From assembly GCA_964106915.2 (NCBI GenBank), contig OZ066929.1: DNA of 64,000 nucleotides; one strand, written 5' to 3'. Both the position numbers and the translations under genes were made by a program. Positions 1 to 12,233 of this stretch are shown one piece after another. The first letter of the stretch is position 1, and each line of letters opens with the position of its first letter. The notes below the pieces were generated by a model, which was not told the origin of the DNA, searched no databases, and saw only the letters and a list, made by a program, of their open reading frames with translations. This DNA is from Podarcis gaigeae (Eukaryota).

Positions 1-218
1 TAATATGTTTGATCTGTTAGAATTATTGCAGATGGGGATGCATTTACAAAGTGTTCCCTTAATCAAAATTGTAAGTTGAAGAGGACCTTCTATGAGGCAG
101 CTACTGGTCCACCTCTAATCTGTCCAGCAACTATCCCACATGTTCAGTTTCTTGGACGTGTCATGAAAGACAACAACATGCTGAGATCTTTATATATCTG
201 TATGCTGTTTCATTCTAG

Positions 219-356
219 TCCCACCACGTAACTTGAGGATCGAAGCCCAGAAGGAGACCACAGTGGAAGGAGAAGAAATTGAGCTGAATTGCACATCTTT
301 GGCCAGCAGACCACCCACAGTGATCAGATGGTTTAAAGGCAACAAGGAGCTATTTG
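219..356 (+). CDS. CADM1: CADM1 coding exon (human exon 4 equivalent), N-terminal half of Ig2 domain
   Basis: Acceptor ttcattctAG|TC, donor TTTG|GTagac, 138 nt, phase 1-1. Translates (V)[45 protein letters not shown](G), matching recalled CADM1 [42 protein letters not shown]. Ig Cys and Trp and an NCT sequon are present. Confidence 0.96.
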
Positions 357-1417
357 GTAGACCCCTTCTCCCTCAATCAACTTAATGGTGTGGTTGTGGT
401 TTTTAGAGATGGTTTTGCTGATAAGCAGGATACTCTCGTGATGATGTGAGAGAATAACTCAAAACAGCAGAAGGGAATCTTTTTCAGCCTGAGAGCTGCA
501 TTTCATTATGGGCAACCTTCTGCGGGCTGCATGCCAGAGGTGGGTGGGACCAGAGACAGCAAGTGGGCGGAGCAACAGGTGTGACTCTTACCCCCAAGTA
601 GGTCAGATTCAAACCACGCAAAAGCCAGAGATTCTTATGTTCCCCCCACTCTGCTAACACACATACACCATCTCCATCCTCCAGACAAGCAAGAGGCACT
701 GTCATAGCAAAGGACACATTCCAGCCAGGCAAAATCAGTTCAGAAGGGTGCAGAGCAGTGAATGGTGTGGTCGTTTTATAATGTGGAGTAGCTTTATCAA
801 TTGATCTGGAGCACGAGTTGTGGTTTCGTGATAGACCCCTCCTTGACAAGTAAGCCAGGCGTCTCAAATTTTTGGGAAGCCTTTCCGCTTTAATCCCAGG
901 CGTTTCCCTGCTCTCCCTTACCTTTCGCTGCCTGTTGAAATTGGCTTCCCTTTGGCAGGATGCCCCGCACAGGCTGCTTCTGCTTCTGTTTCAGCCCGTT
1001 GCTGCTGTATTTTGCTGGGTCTTCAACAGTACCACTGTTTAAATATTTTAATTACTACTTTTAATTATGTAAATCCATGGAGTCACTTTCCCTCTTAATT
1101 ATTGATGATGGCTTTTGGCAGTGGCATTGGAGGAAGAGGGTGGAGGATTTCTGGCTCCATTGACTTAAGTGTTTGGAAGGCATCCTGGAATTCCTAATCC
1201 TCGCTGTCGAGCGCTGTAGATTTTGTGTTTAATATCATGAGCAGGAGATAGGGCCCCCCCTTTAAATCTGGAAGCGAATAAGAGAATAAGAACTCGCAGG
1301 CTTCCTTTCCTTGTGATTGACTTGAAAAAGGGCCTTGCCAGCCCTACTCCATTGCAAAACTGTTTGCTTAACTTTGATACCAGCTCTCCTCTTTTCCCTC
1401 TGTATCCCTGTATATAC

Positions 1418-1546
1418 CAGATGTGGGAAACCTCTGGCCTTTCAGATGTTTCTGGAATCCAACGCCTATCAGCCCCAGCCAGCATGGCCAATGATCTGGG
1501 ATGATGGGAGTTCGCCATCTGTGGGATCATAGGTTCCCCACCCCTG
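1418..1546. mobile_element. Short palindromic non-autonomous DNA transposon (hAT-like MITE)
   Basis: CAG...GGGAAACC / GGTTCCCCACCCCTG ends, core ctatcagccccagccagcatggcc...gatgggagtt, imperfect 8-bp flanks gtatatac/ctgtatac. Confidence 0.7.
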
Positions 1547-2061
1547 CTGTATACGGCAGGTAAACAGCCACTCACCTGGCCACCTTTGCCAACTAAGAAT
1601 TTCCTCCTTACCACCAGGCAGAGAAGCTGCTTGTTAACTAAAAAACGAGTTGTTTCCCTTTATTTTGTGCAGGTCATCAGTGTGCCACAAATTAATCCAA
1701 TAAGTATGTAGGTAGGAAAGTAACAATGAAAGGAAGGTGTTGCCACCCTACAAACACCCACAGATTATAGGAATGTGCAGATAAAAACAGAGACAATAAG
1801 GTTGCAAAAATATGCCTGTTGGGGGGTTATGAATAGGTCAGCATATGCATAGTTGAACTATTTAAGAATTGCAGAAGTGGAGAGAAGCTCTGGAATAGAT
1901 AAGCTAAACGAGGCAAGTTGCTACTAGATGAGTACAGATCGCAGAAGTGACTTCAGTTGAAAATGACAACACAAATGCAGTGATGGAGGATGGTCTTTGA
2001 TGGGTCTAGTCATTTGCCATTTACCTGCTCTTTTTCCTCACCTTTCATGTCCATTATGCAG

Positions 2062-2217
2062 GTAAAACAGAAGAGGAGCAGTGGTCAGACATGTTTACAG
2101 TGACCAGTCGCCTTTCGTTGAAGGTCAAGCGAGAGGATGATGGGGTTGCTGTTGTCTGTCAGGTAGACCATCCTGCCGTCAAAGACTTGCAGACCAAGTA
2201 CTACCTAGATGTAATGT
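2062..2217 (+). CDS. CADM1: CADM1 coding exon 5, C-terminal half of Ig2 domain
   Basis: Acceptor ccattatgcAG|GT, donor ATGT|GTgagt, 156 nt. (G)[51 protein letters not shown](Y); overlaps ORF 2091..2276. Confidence 0.96.
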
Positions 2218-2600
2218 GTGAGTACCAGAGTCACAACCTTCCCCTCCCCCTTGCCCCACACATGGACGCGGCTTGACCAAAGCGATTGATTAGACAATTA
2301 TGGTTTGTTGTAGCATGCAAAAGCATTTTATCTGATTTGATTAAATGAGAGGTTTAAAGTATTGAATTTGGGTTTAGGGCTTTCTTTCCCTGCTCTTTTT
2401 GAAGACAAACTATTTCTCATCGTCTGTTCTTGTGCTATTACTGCAGAGCTGCCTCAAGACATGTGAACTAAGCATTTAAATATTAACATGGAAGTGTGTC
2501 AAGGTTTATTATTATTATTACAAAAAACAAACAAACACATGTATCAATGCTGTCTACAAAGACATGGAATCCTAGAACAAATTGGAGTGCCGGTAGAGTC

Positions 2601-2911
2601 AGTGGGTCTAACCATCAGAATAGGAGAACAAGACGATAGAGTATATAAGGAGAATTGAAAAATGCATGTAGAGTATATGAAAAATTACAGCAAGCAGGTT
2701 AAAACGTTAGCAGGATTAGAATAAATTCAGCAGTATAAAATACGTGGAAAAGAGAAAGTATGGTGGGACTGCAATATGCAGGAAAAAATGGAAAGCTAGA
2801 AGGAAACTATGGAAAGGTGGAAGGGAAGTCAAAGTTTAAATAATTTATAAAATAATGTTATAGTGAATTGGGGAAAAAATGTATTGATGAAAAATATAAT
2901 TATTTAAAAAA
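2601..2911 (+). mobile_element. 5'-truncated LINE 3' end (probably L1-like) with 18-bp TSD
   Basis: A-rich insert flanked by tggagtgccggtagagtc (2583-2600) and tggagcgccagtagagtc (2912-2929). Confidence 0.7.
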
Positions 2912-5900
2912 TGGAGCGCCAGTAGAGTCTAGTGACTACTGCTCAATTCCGCACACTTCCTCATCTACTCTAGAAGCTGTGAGGCAGAAACCCCTGTGTT
3001 TAGCTCTTACCTCGGCCATGAACTACCCAGGTGACATTTAGGTAAGCCATTCTGGTTCTGGTTATAAGCTGTTTCAAGCGTTGTGCAGCAGCAAGTACAA
3101 GTTAGCAACCAAATTATGCTGGAGTGGGACCAGCTGTCACTCCATCTGACAAGATGAATATGTCTCCCTTTTTAGGAGCTCCACAAAACTCCACTTTTGG
3201 AAGCTTTGGGTATGTCAATCCTGCCCTATCTTACGGGGCTATCGTAGGGATTGTTGATAGCGTATGTGCCGTTATGTAAGAATTGTTACTACAGGATGCT
3301 TTAAAGTAGATCCCACTGGCTGGATTGTTGATTTGCTTAAGCTGTGTCTTTCAGTTTCAGTAAGAGCACTAGAGGTCTCTTACCGTTCCTGGGTGCCTGG
3401 GTGTTTGTTTCTTATGCTGAAAAAATGCTGCAAATTGTGGCAGAAATGGCTGGCCTCTTTCTGGGATGGGAAGGGACCCATGCAGTGTGACATCATTCAT
3501 TTGAAAACAAGGAAGAGCAGCAACCTGGCATCAGTCCCCCAGTACCTCTTCATGTTCACAGAGGAGCAGAAATGAAGCAGGGCGATCAGGAGATGGTGAT
3601 TCAAAACGTCTTTTGTATATGCAGCTCAACCATAACATTACACAAAGAAGCCCCCGTGTTAATTTATTTCTTCTACTTCATTATGTTGTTCCATTATGAG
3701 CATTCTGCTTACAATTTTCATATCGCCCAAAAGTATTGGGGGAGTAATGTCCCCATAATGGGAAAACAAAAACCATCAGATACTGCCTAAATTGGCAGAT
3801 TGTAGCTGTCTTGCTACTGTGCTAATGTGTAATTCATTTATGCAAACTTAATGTCCATTAACATTTCTTGTAGAGCTCCATTAGCTTTAATAATGCATTA
3901 GCACCTTTGTTAGGTCTGATCAAAAAAGCTTAACCACACACACACACAGAGAGACAGACGCATGTACAGGCTCACGCAGGCAAAAAAAGGGAGATGAGCA
4001 AAGTTGCTTGAACTGTTGCAAGGTTGCCTGCTTGCTTAGGAACAAGGCTGGTCAGTTTTGTGAACGAATGTTATGACAAACCAGCTGCCGCAGGTGACAG
4101 CTTTTGGGTGCCACTGAGGCACCCAAGGGAGATATATGTATATAGATGTGATGCAAGCGACCAGAAGGGTGGGCAGAGAAGGTATGTGACTGAAGCATCT
4201 ACCAATGGAGCATGTTCTGCCAGTTTCTGACACGACAAGAGACATTGACTCCCAATTCAGTCTGTTTAGAATCCCTGGTCTTATAGTAACTCATGATGAT
4301 GTAGGTTTTGTTCATGTAAGCCTATCCAGACACATAAATGTTGGTGTATTTTTAATCTTTTTCACTGTTAATTTTAATTATTATTTTTAATATTTTGAAT
4401 TGCTTTAGCGGTTTTATGCTGATGATTTTAACATCTCTTGTAAACCTCTTAAAGATCTCAGGTATATAGAGTTGGTTAAACAGATCTTTTAAATTAAGAT
4501 TTCTATACCACTTCTTATTTGCAGAAGGCAGTACCAAAGTGGTTCACGCAACAATAATAAAACACAACAAATCCAAACAAAATAAGCGTCAAAATGAATC
4601 CTATTAAAGAAAGCCTGGATGAACAAGTATGTCTTCTGTTGGTGGTGAAACCTATGCCCAGAGGGTGGCATATGCCACTTGCATTTTCTGACTGCGGGAT
4701 TAGAATATATTTGGCACCCCTGTTACTGAGGAAAGTGTGATCTTGGAGCATAGCAATACATTCTCTTGTTTTCTTTTTCATAACCGACACTAAGCTGCAA
4801 GCCTTGGCTTAGGTTTCCCATTCCTTTGGTACCGCCAGTGCAATGGGGCTACAGAAGAAATTGCACAGCCCACTCATCTGCTGCCTGATGTCCAGATTGC
4901 AGCAGCCTTTTGAGTCCACGCCATGCCTTTCAGAGAAATAGCACTTGTAAAATCAGGTGTAATTGTCTTACGCTCTCAATAGCTTTTTGGACTCGCAATC
5001 AGAACAAAGTATAGCCCTCCCAATCACCGTCTCAAGCACACCAGCTGACCGTTCTGTTAGCTTGCAGGCAGGCAGCGGCCTGAAGTGGTGCCGAGCGAGG
5101 GGTACCTAAGCATTGGCATCTCAGTGGTGTATCAGAGGCCACATCTCCTCCAATAAGCCTCCCTGGAGAGGATGAGGAGAGGCAGTCCTTGAAGAAGGGG
5201 GGGGATGCTAAAGAACCGGGACGTTACCCGCCGCTTCACAGTTCACGCATGACCTGACCCGGCCATTCCCTTTCCAGCACCTGCCGCTGTGATCAAGAGA
5301 GCCGCGCCAATGAATGCACAGTCACAGCGAACGATTTTCTCACTTTGGTGTACTTAGTATGAGATGGAATTTCAGCAGGAAGTGGCTTGTAATAAAAAAG
5401 AAGGTATTAGCAGGAAAAATTCAAATTATCTACAGAGGTATTTCAAGGCAGTGAGCTAATTATTGTTTGCTCAAAGTCCTGAATATGCAGACACGCTAAC
5501 GTTTCTACAAAAGAGAGGCGGGGGAGGGGGGAAAGCTAAATCGGGAAGAGACCTTTATTATGGCAACATAGCAAATTTGGCTCCCGTTTTTGGAGTCTCT
5601 TCCCTCTGCCCACCCCCCGGCTTAGAAACCATGAAGAACACTTAGCAAGACCTGTAAGGAGAGTACTAAGTTAAAGTCTAGAGTCAGATGCAACAGCAGA
5701 GCATCCTTTTCTTAATGAGAAAGAGCAGAGGCCAGCCTTAGGCTCATCCCTCCCCCCCCCCTTCCAGTGCATTATGGGGAGGAGAAAAGAAGCTTCCATT
5801 TGGAGTTTGCAACAATATGGCAGATGTTTGTTCTCACCCTACCATGGTTCTCCAACCAGGATAAATTGCAGACTGGAAGTGGAAGCTTGCAGTCTTCTCC

Positions 5901-6947
5901 CTTGTATATGAAGGAAATGGGAGGAAGGAGCATGCCAGCCCAAGTTTCATGCCTACTCATTCTCAAAACAGCTATCGAATCATCAGGATACGTTGCCTTG
6001 AGTCACAGAGAACTGGTGCCTTCCAACATGTCTTGTCGTATCTGCAAAATGCTGCACTGCCACCTGGCCTCAAAGCAGTGGCCTTTGATTCCTGCAGCTA
6101 CAGAGGGCCACACAATGAACAGGGACTTGTGGTTTGATTCTTAGCTTGTACCTCTCCAACTTTGCTATAATTTCAGGAATGCCTGTTTAGTGTTGAGAGA
6201 CAAATAAGCCACATATTAACTCTTCTATGCAGGGTAAATTCCAGGCATCAGAGAAAAATCTACTGTGAGGGCAATGGTCAAACAAAGCAGGATAAGAAGA
6301 GGGAGGAAAGTATAGTTATGTGCTGAATTTGGAGTGCCTTTGCAAGCCAGTCAGGATGTTTCTAACTCATATGCACATTTGGGAGCAAAGTGGGGGAGGA
6401 GAAGGGAACTTTAAATTGGTACAGTAAACCTTTCCTTAGATGACTGAGCTTTGTGTCTGCCACAGCCCCTTGAATGTGGTAATCGCAGTGTTTGCAAGGA
6501 GAGATTTTGTCCGCATACCTGCCTAGCTATTGTTCTCCACCCGTCAGTAATTCCATTAGAAGCTGAGCCTCCTGCAGCGCAATTTCACTTTGTTGGAAGT
6601 TAGCATGCGAGATCTCCGCCTGACAAGTCTGACCTATTTAACTTAAGGTTTTATGAGCATTTCATTTAAGCTGAGCTTTTCGTGCGGCTGCTCAACTGAA
6701 ATTATGGATTTGGGCTTTGTTTTGTTATTCGCATCGATGCCACTGTGAGAACTTTGAGAACTTAGCGAGTGGTTTCATTGGCTGTTTCAATGAATGGCTG
6801 CCTAGTGGAAACCAAAAGTTGGCTAAACATGCCCACTCCAGGCTGGGTGGTGGGTTGCTGGAACATGGTGCATGCATGCCTGTGAAACTGAAGACAAATG
6901 TCTCTCACCTGCATATTCAGAAGCCTAGGAGCATCTGGTGCCTCTGA

Positions 6948-6988
<41 letters not shown>
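6948..6988. repeat. (ATT)n microsatellite
   Basis: ~13 perfect ATT units. Confidence 0.95.
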
Positions 6989-9419
6989 CCTTAACTAATT
7001 ATGACTAGGATGTGGGAGGCGGGACACTGGCTTGAAAACAATCCTGAAGACAGTTTTCTGTATGCCCCTTAGAGGAAACCTGTGAGCTAAATGAATAGAC
7101 CTGCAGTCATTTTCAATCTCCTCTTGCTCTCTTGTCTGGAAGCTGTTAAAATATGCCCTTCTCAGCAGCAAAGTGTCTGGATGTTTGTGGTTCTCTTCTT
7201 TTGTCACGAGTTGCTTCACATAGAAGGAGAAGTGGGATGCACATTTTTTTAAAAAAAATGTACCAAGACTGTCCATACCCCATGAACAAGCCCCATCAAA
7301 GTCTGAGAATTGCACAGGTCGATGGTTCCCATCCAGTTCATCCGGACTTGTGCTGAAGATGTTCCTAGTTGAGTAGGCATGCCTTGTCTCCCTGGTTTTG
7401 ACCTCTGATGCTCCCAGGTAGGACCTCGGTCACACATTCCTAAACGTGACTATCTTGCCATGATTATGCATGGTACTTTCCTATGGTGGAAAAGTCCTCA
7501 GAAATCTTGTGTTGAGGAAGATGCTTCCAAAGGACACCCGAGATGTGCAGGATCTTATCTGTCACCAAGCACCCTGTAATGTGAAATGGAATATCGCCTT
7601 AATACCAGGAGAACAAAGCTGAAACTGATGTGTGTCTGCTGGAAGGGCACATAGCCGTAGCTGCCTTTGCACTTGGGTGGCAGTCACAAGCCAGTTAGTT
7701 ATGCCATGGGATTGGACTGGTGCAGCATATTGAAGAGATGGTTTGCCCCCAATGGTGGCTGATCCACTGTATACTCACAACTCCTTATGTTGCTTGAGAA
7801 GGAAGCTGTGGGTAAATGTAATTTTAAAAAAGGAAATGGAGCATCAAAATACATTAAGGCATCATTAAGGGCTTGAGCTAAACAAACAGGAGAAGGGGAA
7901 AGCTCAGTCTTGCATGCTGTGTATGTGTGTGTCTGTGTGTAATCCCCTTCCCTTGCCTTTAGTACCTTCCTCCTTCCTTTGTTATGTAACACTAAGGGGA
8001 AGGCAGACAGGCACAGCTGAATTTTTAAGCCCCAGGAGAAGTAATGCAGAGTTAAGTCATAATTAATGGAACACAGATATTTATAATGTCTACATGCATG
8101 TTTATAAAAATATATACCCAGGGAAGCTGCTGTAACCTCTGTTTGTTGTTCATAACCAAGAGAATTCCCTGTGCTCAATTATGTTTAACAAAAAAAAACA
8201 AAAAAGAGAAAGAAATAGAGGGAGGAAGGAGGCTAGCCATATGCGGGTACCTCGTGCTTTAATAATCTGTTTGCTTCTGGTGAGTGCAAATATTAATTGC
8301 AATAGTATGCAGTGAAGTGATTAACATCAATATAATTTATCATCTGGAGATTTCTGAACATAAATAAATGAGTTGTTTTGTTCAGCGAGGTGTTGACCCT
8401 TTCAGAATATGTGATTTAAAGGGGTTTTATATTATTATTACTATTATTGTAAATATGAAAGGCACTACGATCAGCCGAGTGTTCAGTTATTTGATTTTCT
8501 GGAGCATTAGCCACTCTTGTTTGTGACATTTCCCAGTTGGGTGCTCGTTTGCGAGCTCATTAATAAGGCTTTCTCTGAGGAATGTTGCTGCAAATGAAGA
8601 ACAGTATAGCAGAGTCTGGCCCTGTGAGCATAACTCCCAGTCACAGCGAGTGTGCTGTTAAAGGGTTTAAAATGGGAAATAATTACACCCTGGCCTAAAC
8701 CCAGAGGCCCCTGTTCTTTGCTGTGAATAAAAAGGCAAGCTTTTGTGCTTTGGAACAAAAAGAAAGAAAGAAAAAAGAAAGAAACCTAATATTTTGGTGC
8801 AATCCTTTTTCGGTACCAAAATGGATTCTTTCATGATTTGGGCCTCTTCCTTTGTTGGCTGGGCTTGGTTTCCCCCCACCCCCTTCTCTCAGCTGTGTTA
8901 CACCAAACTGTAATGCAAAGTATAATTGGTAGCAAAAGCCTGTAAGATTTATAGTTCCTAACAGACTGTTTTAACAAGAACAACCAAACAAAAAGAGAGA
9001 ACATGAAAACTCATTCTGTACATAGCGATTCAGGATTTACACTTTTTTCATCTTGAAACATGTATCACTGTGCGAGTGAATAAGAAAACGGTGCAATTGT
9101 GTAAGAGGAATGTGGTGCTTCCCATTATTATTAACCTGAATAATAATGCCAAGTTAGATTATTTTTACTTCCTTTCTCACTCACCCACTGCAGCTGCAGC
9201 CTGTTGTTCATTCTAGGTCTGAACTGGAAGCGGCACTAGCCCAAAGCATACCTCTGCGTCAAGTGGTTGCAGGGAGCAATCCCTGGCCAGCCACAGAGGA
9301 CTTATCTCATGGCTCAAGTGACTACTTGAGTTGCTTGTGTAGTCTGGCTGTCCTTCCTTGGGAGGTTCCATCCTAGGTTGGCACAGCTTCCTCGGCCACC
9401 AAGGAAATGGCACAACCCA

Positions 9420-9546
9420 GGAAAAGGGCTGTAGCTCAGGGGCAGAACATCTTGCATGCGGAAGGTCTCAAGTTTAATCCCTGGCTTTCCCAAGTAGGAC
9501 TGAGTCTGTCCCCATCTGAAATCCTGGAGAGCCATTACCAGTCGGT
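9420..9546 (+). mobile_element. tRNA-derived SINE (Squam2-like), partial
   Basis: ggaaaagggctgtagctcaggggcagaacatct...aggtctcaagtttaatccctggc (A/B-box-like head), then ctgaaatcctggagagccattaccagtc. Confidence 0.7.
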
Positions 9547-10659
9547 TTGGGCCATCAGGTATCTGTTGCAAGCACCACATGGCACTTGAACCTCAGAATA
9601 AGCAATCCAGCTGCCCGGATAGGATGAGAGGTCAGCCATGGTTCTATTTCCTGAGCAACTGCTGCACTGTAGTCCTTGCTTCCAAATGAATTTGTTACCT
9701 CTCATTGCTAAGTGACTTGCTGTGAGTGTTGTGGAGTGTTGGACATAGCATCCTGGGACAAGCAAGGTGCCTTGGGGCCCCATAGATTACTCTGAGATCC
9801 CATAGGTTGCTATGGGATCCTTGGCCTGCTAACATTCCATAAAAATCCACAAGATCCACAGTTGAGTCTTTAGGTTCCACTGATTTCAGGGGGGCATTTG
9901 CGAGCCTGTCTTCTCTGGGTTGTTCCACTTCCCAACGCTGAGTGCATTAGAAATTGTGCCGTTTCAGAAAAGCAGGCAGGCAACTTGCTCATAACAGTGA
10001 AAGAAATGTCCTTAACTGGGTTCCGAGGGCAGCCAGAACTGCAAGGCTGCCCACCGTCCGACATGCCTCCCGAGATGTCATCAGATTCCACACATGCCTT
10101 CTATTTCAGTAGGCTGCCATATTTCCTTACAGTATTGTACAGGCCTATGCAGCTGCATGGACATTGAAAAAAAGGCTGCACTGAGGCAGAGGCAAGAGAG
10201 AGACACAGAGAAAGCCGTGATGGGGGATAGAGGCTTAGAGGAGATAGAGGTGTGGTGCGTTCCTCTGGCCATCTATTGGAAGACGTGTTTCTGCAGCTTA
10301 GCCCACAGCAATACAGTCAGCTGCCCCCTAGCTGTACATGGGTTATTCACTGTGTCCCTTCTCCCACCCAAACAAAGCCTCTGGGAAGGAGAATATCCAC
10401 TGAAGCAATTTTGATGGAGTGACGTGTGCCATGGGTTGTTCAATAATATGGGGCAAGGACTAAATCAGGAAATCACAGTGGCTTCACCCCTTTCTGTAAA
10501 GAAACTTTTAAGGTGCAATTCAAACTCCCCTTACGTGGGAGTAAGCCCCATTTAATTCAGTAAGACTTGCTTCTTGGTAGGATTGTGCTGTAATTCACTA
10601 AAACCCATTTTCTCTGCCTAAAAAGCAGTAGTGATATTCAGTTTTCCTGATGTATCCTC

Positions 10660-11155
10660 ATAGGAAAAACATCGGAAGTGCCCTTCTATTGAGTCAGACC
10701 GTTGGTTCACCTAGTCCAGTAATGGGGGTCTGGGAAAATATTTTCTCTGTGGCCTTCCGTAATTGTTGAGTGCCCTCCCCATAGAGCTGTGTCTAGCTAG
10801 ACTCTATCACTGCCATTATTCAGCTTCCATTGTATGCTGAAGATGATCCTTTTTACCCTGGCATTGGAAATTTGTTGTATTTTTATGGGACCAATCTCTT
10901 CTGTTCTGGTTGACCTGCGCTGCACTGCTTTTGTTTGGAATTGCTTGGCTTGGTTTTAATTGCATGAATATATTTGTTGTAATCCACTCTAGGACCTTAT
11001 GTTGAAAGGTAAGAAATCTTATAAATAAACAATATTGCCTGCGCTGACTGGCAGCCACTGTCTTCTGCTTTAGACAGGATCTCTCCTAACCCTACCTGGA
11101 GATGCTGGGCACTGAATCTGGGACCTTTTACAGGTGCTTTAACCCTGAGCTATGG
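10660..11155 (-). mobile_element. Squam2-like SINE split by a nested L2 fragment
   Basis: Tail part 10660-10720 (gagtcagaccgttggttcacctagtccagta) and head part 11043-11155 (ctgactggcagcc...ccctacctggagatgctgggcactgaatctgggacc...ctgagctatgg). Confidence 0.6.
10721..11031 (+). mobile_element. L2-like LINE 3' fragment nested in the SINE
   Basis: ttctctgtggcc...tgccctcccc...gctgaagatg...; ends gtaatccactctaggacc...gaaaggtaagaaatcttataaataaac, a typical L2 tail. Confidence 0.55.
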
Positions 11156-11159
11156 TGTT

Positions 11160-12184
11160 TCTGCTTTCGATTCCATTTATCACTCTTTCCCCTTGCCTTC
11201 CCCCAATGGTCTTGGTTTTCTTAGTACTGTTCTTCCTTGGTTTCCCTCTTATTTTTTGAACTGTAGTTACCTTGTATTGGTTAATGGTTCTCCCCCCCCC
11301 CCTTCTTTCCCCAATTGGGGTTCCACGAGTTTCAGCGTTGGACCCTTTGCTTCTCATTCCCATTCCTTTATGGTCTCTTATTCACTCCTTTGGTATGTTG
11401 CCATGTCTATGCTGATGATATTCAGTTATTCTTTACTATCTCTGATCTGTCGTCTTGTTTAAATCTTTGATCTTGTCTTGCTATTTCTTCACAGCTGTCT
11501 GCTTGTTCTTTAAAGCTAAATCTTTCAAGGACAAAATTTCTTCTTCTTTTTTTTCCTCTGGACTTTTCCCTTCCCGTCTGTTTTTGTCAATGATGCAACT
11601 ATTTTTCTTTCCTTTCAAATCAAAGATATTGCTCCTCTTTTTTTCCCCTTCTGCGATTCCATCTTTAGCCAAGCCTTTTCAAGCCTTTTTCAGTTGTCTG
11701 ATATTGATAAGATCCTCCCCCCCCCCCCGTTATTTCTGCCCATTGTTCCATCTGTGTTCTCATTTTGCCCAGATTGGATGATTGTAAGACTCCTTAGGTA
11801 GTCTTCCCATTTTAAGCTTCTTGTTTCTTAATTTGATTTTTTTCTTCCCCTGCCCCATCTTATTTATTTTTTTCGACATGCAAATACGATCATGCATCTC
11901 TGCTTATGATGTTGCCTTTTTTCCCTTTTCACATTCAATTTAAGATTATGTTACTTCCCTCTAGCGCCTTTCATTTCTGATTTCTCTGTAGTCTCTTTTG
12001 GGGTCTTTGTTGCTTCTTACATCACATCTCTTCCTTTGATTCATGCTTTGGTTCTTCTTTTCCTTATCTATGAAACTCTTTACCAGCTGATATGTGATTA
12101 ATTTATTCTCTTCTTTTTTTAGCAAATGCCTTAGGACTCGCTTATTTTTGCATTTGGCCTGCTCCGGTTTTTTAGTACTAGTGC

Positions 12185-12190
<6 letters not shown>
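11160..12190 (-). mobile_element. Degenerate LINE (L1-like) 5'/ORF1 remnant
   Basis: Strongly T-rich on +. Minus strand gives K/E-rich fragments and a frameshifted MRSKGSN-LK-RG-P, reminiscent of the L1 ORF1 ENRSRRNNLRIxGIPE motif. Confidence 0.45.

Positions 12191-12232
<42 letters not shown>
12188..12232. repeat. (TG)n microsatellite
   Basis: ~22 TG units. Confidence 0.95.

Positions 12233-12233
<1 letters not shown>

Noticed and set aside
484-1614. Minus-strand ORFs of 127 and 149 aa in intron 4
   Set aside because: No recognisable homology, non-ATG starts, and one overlaps a MITE.
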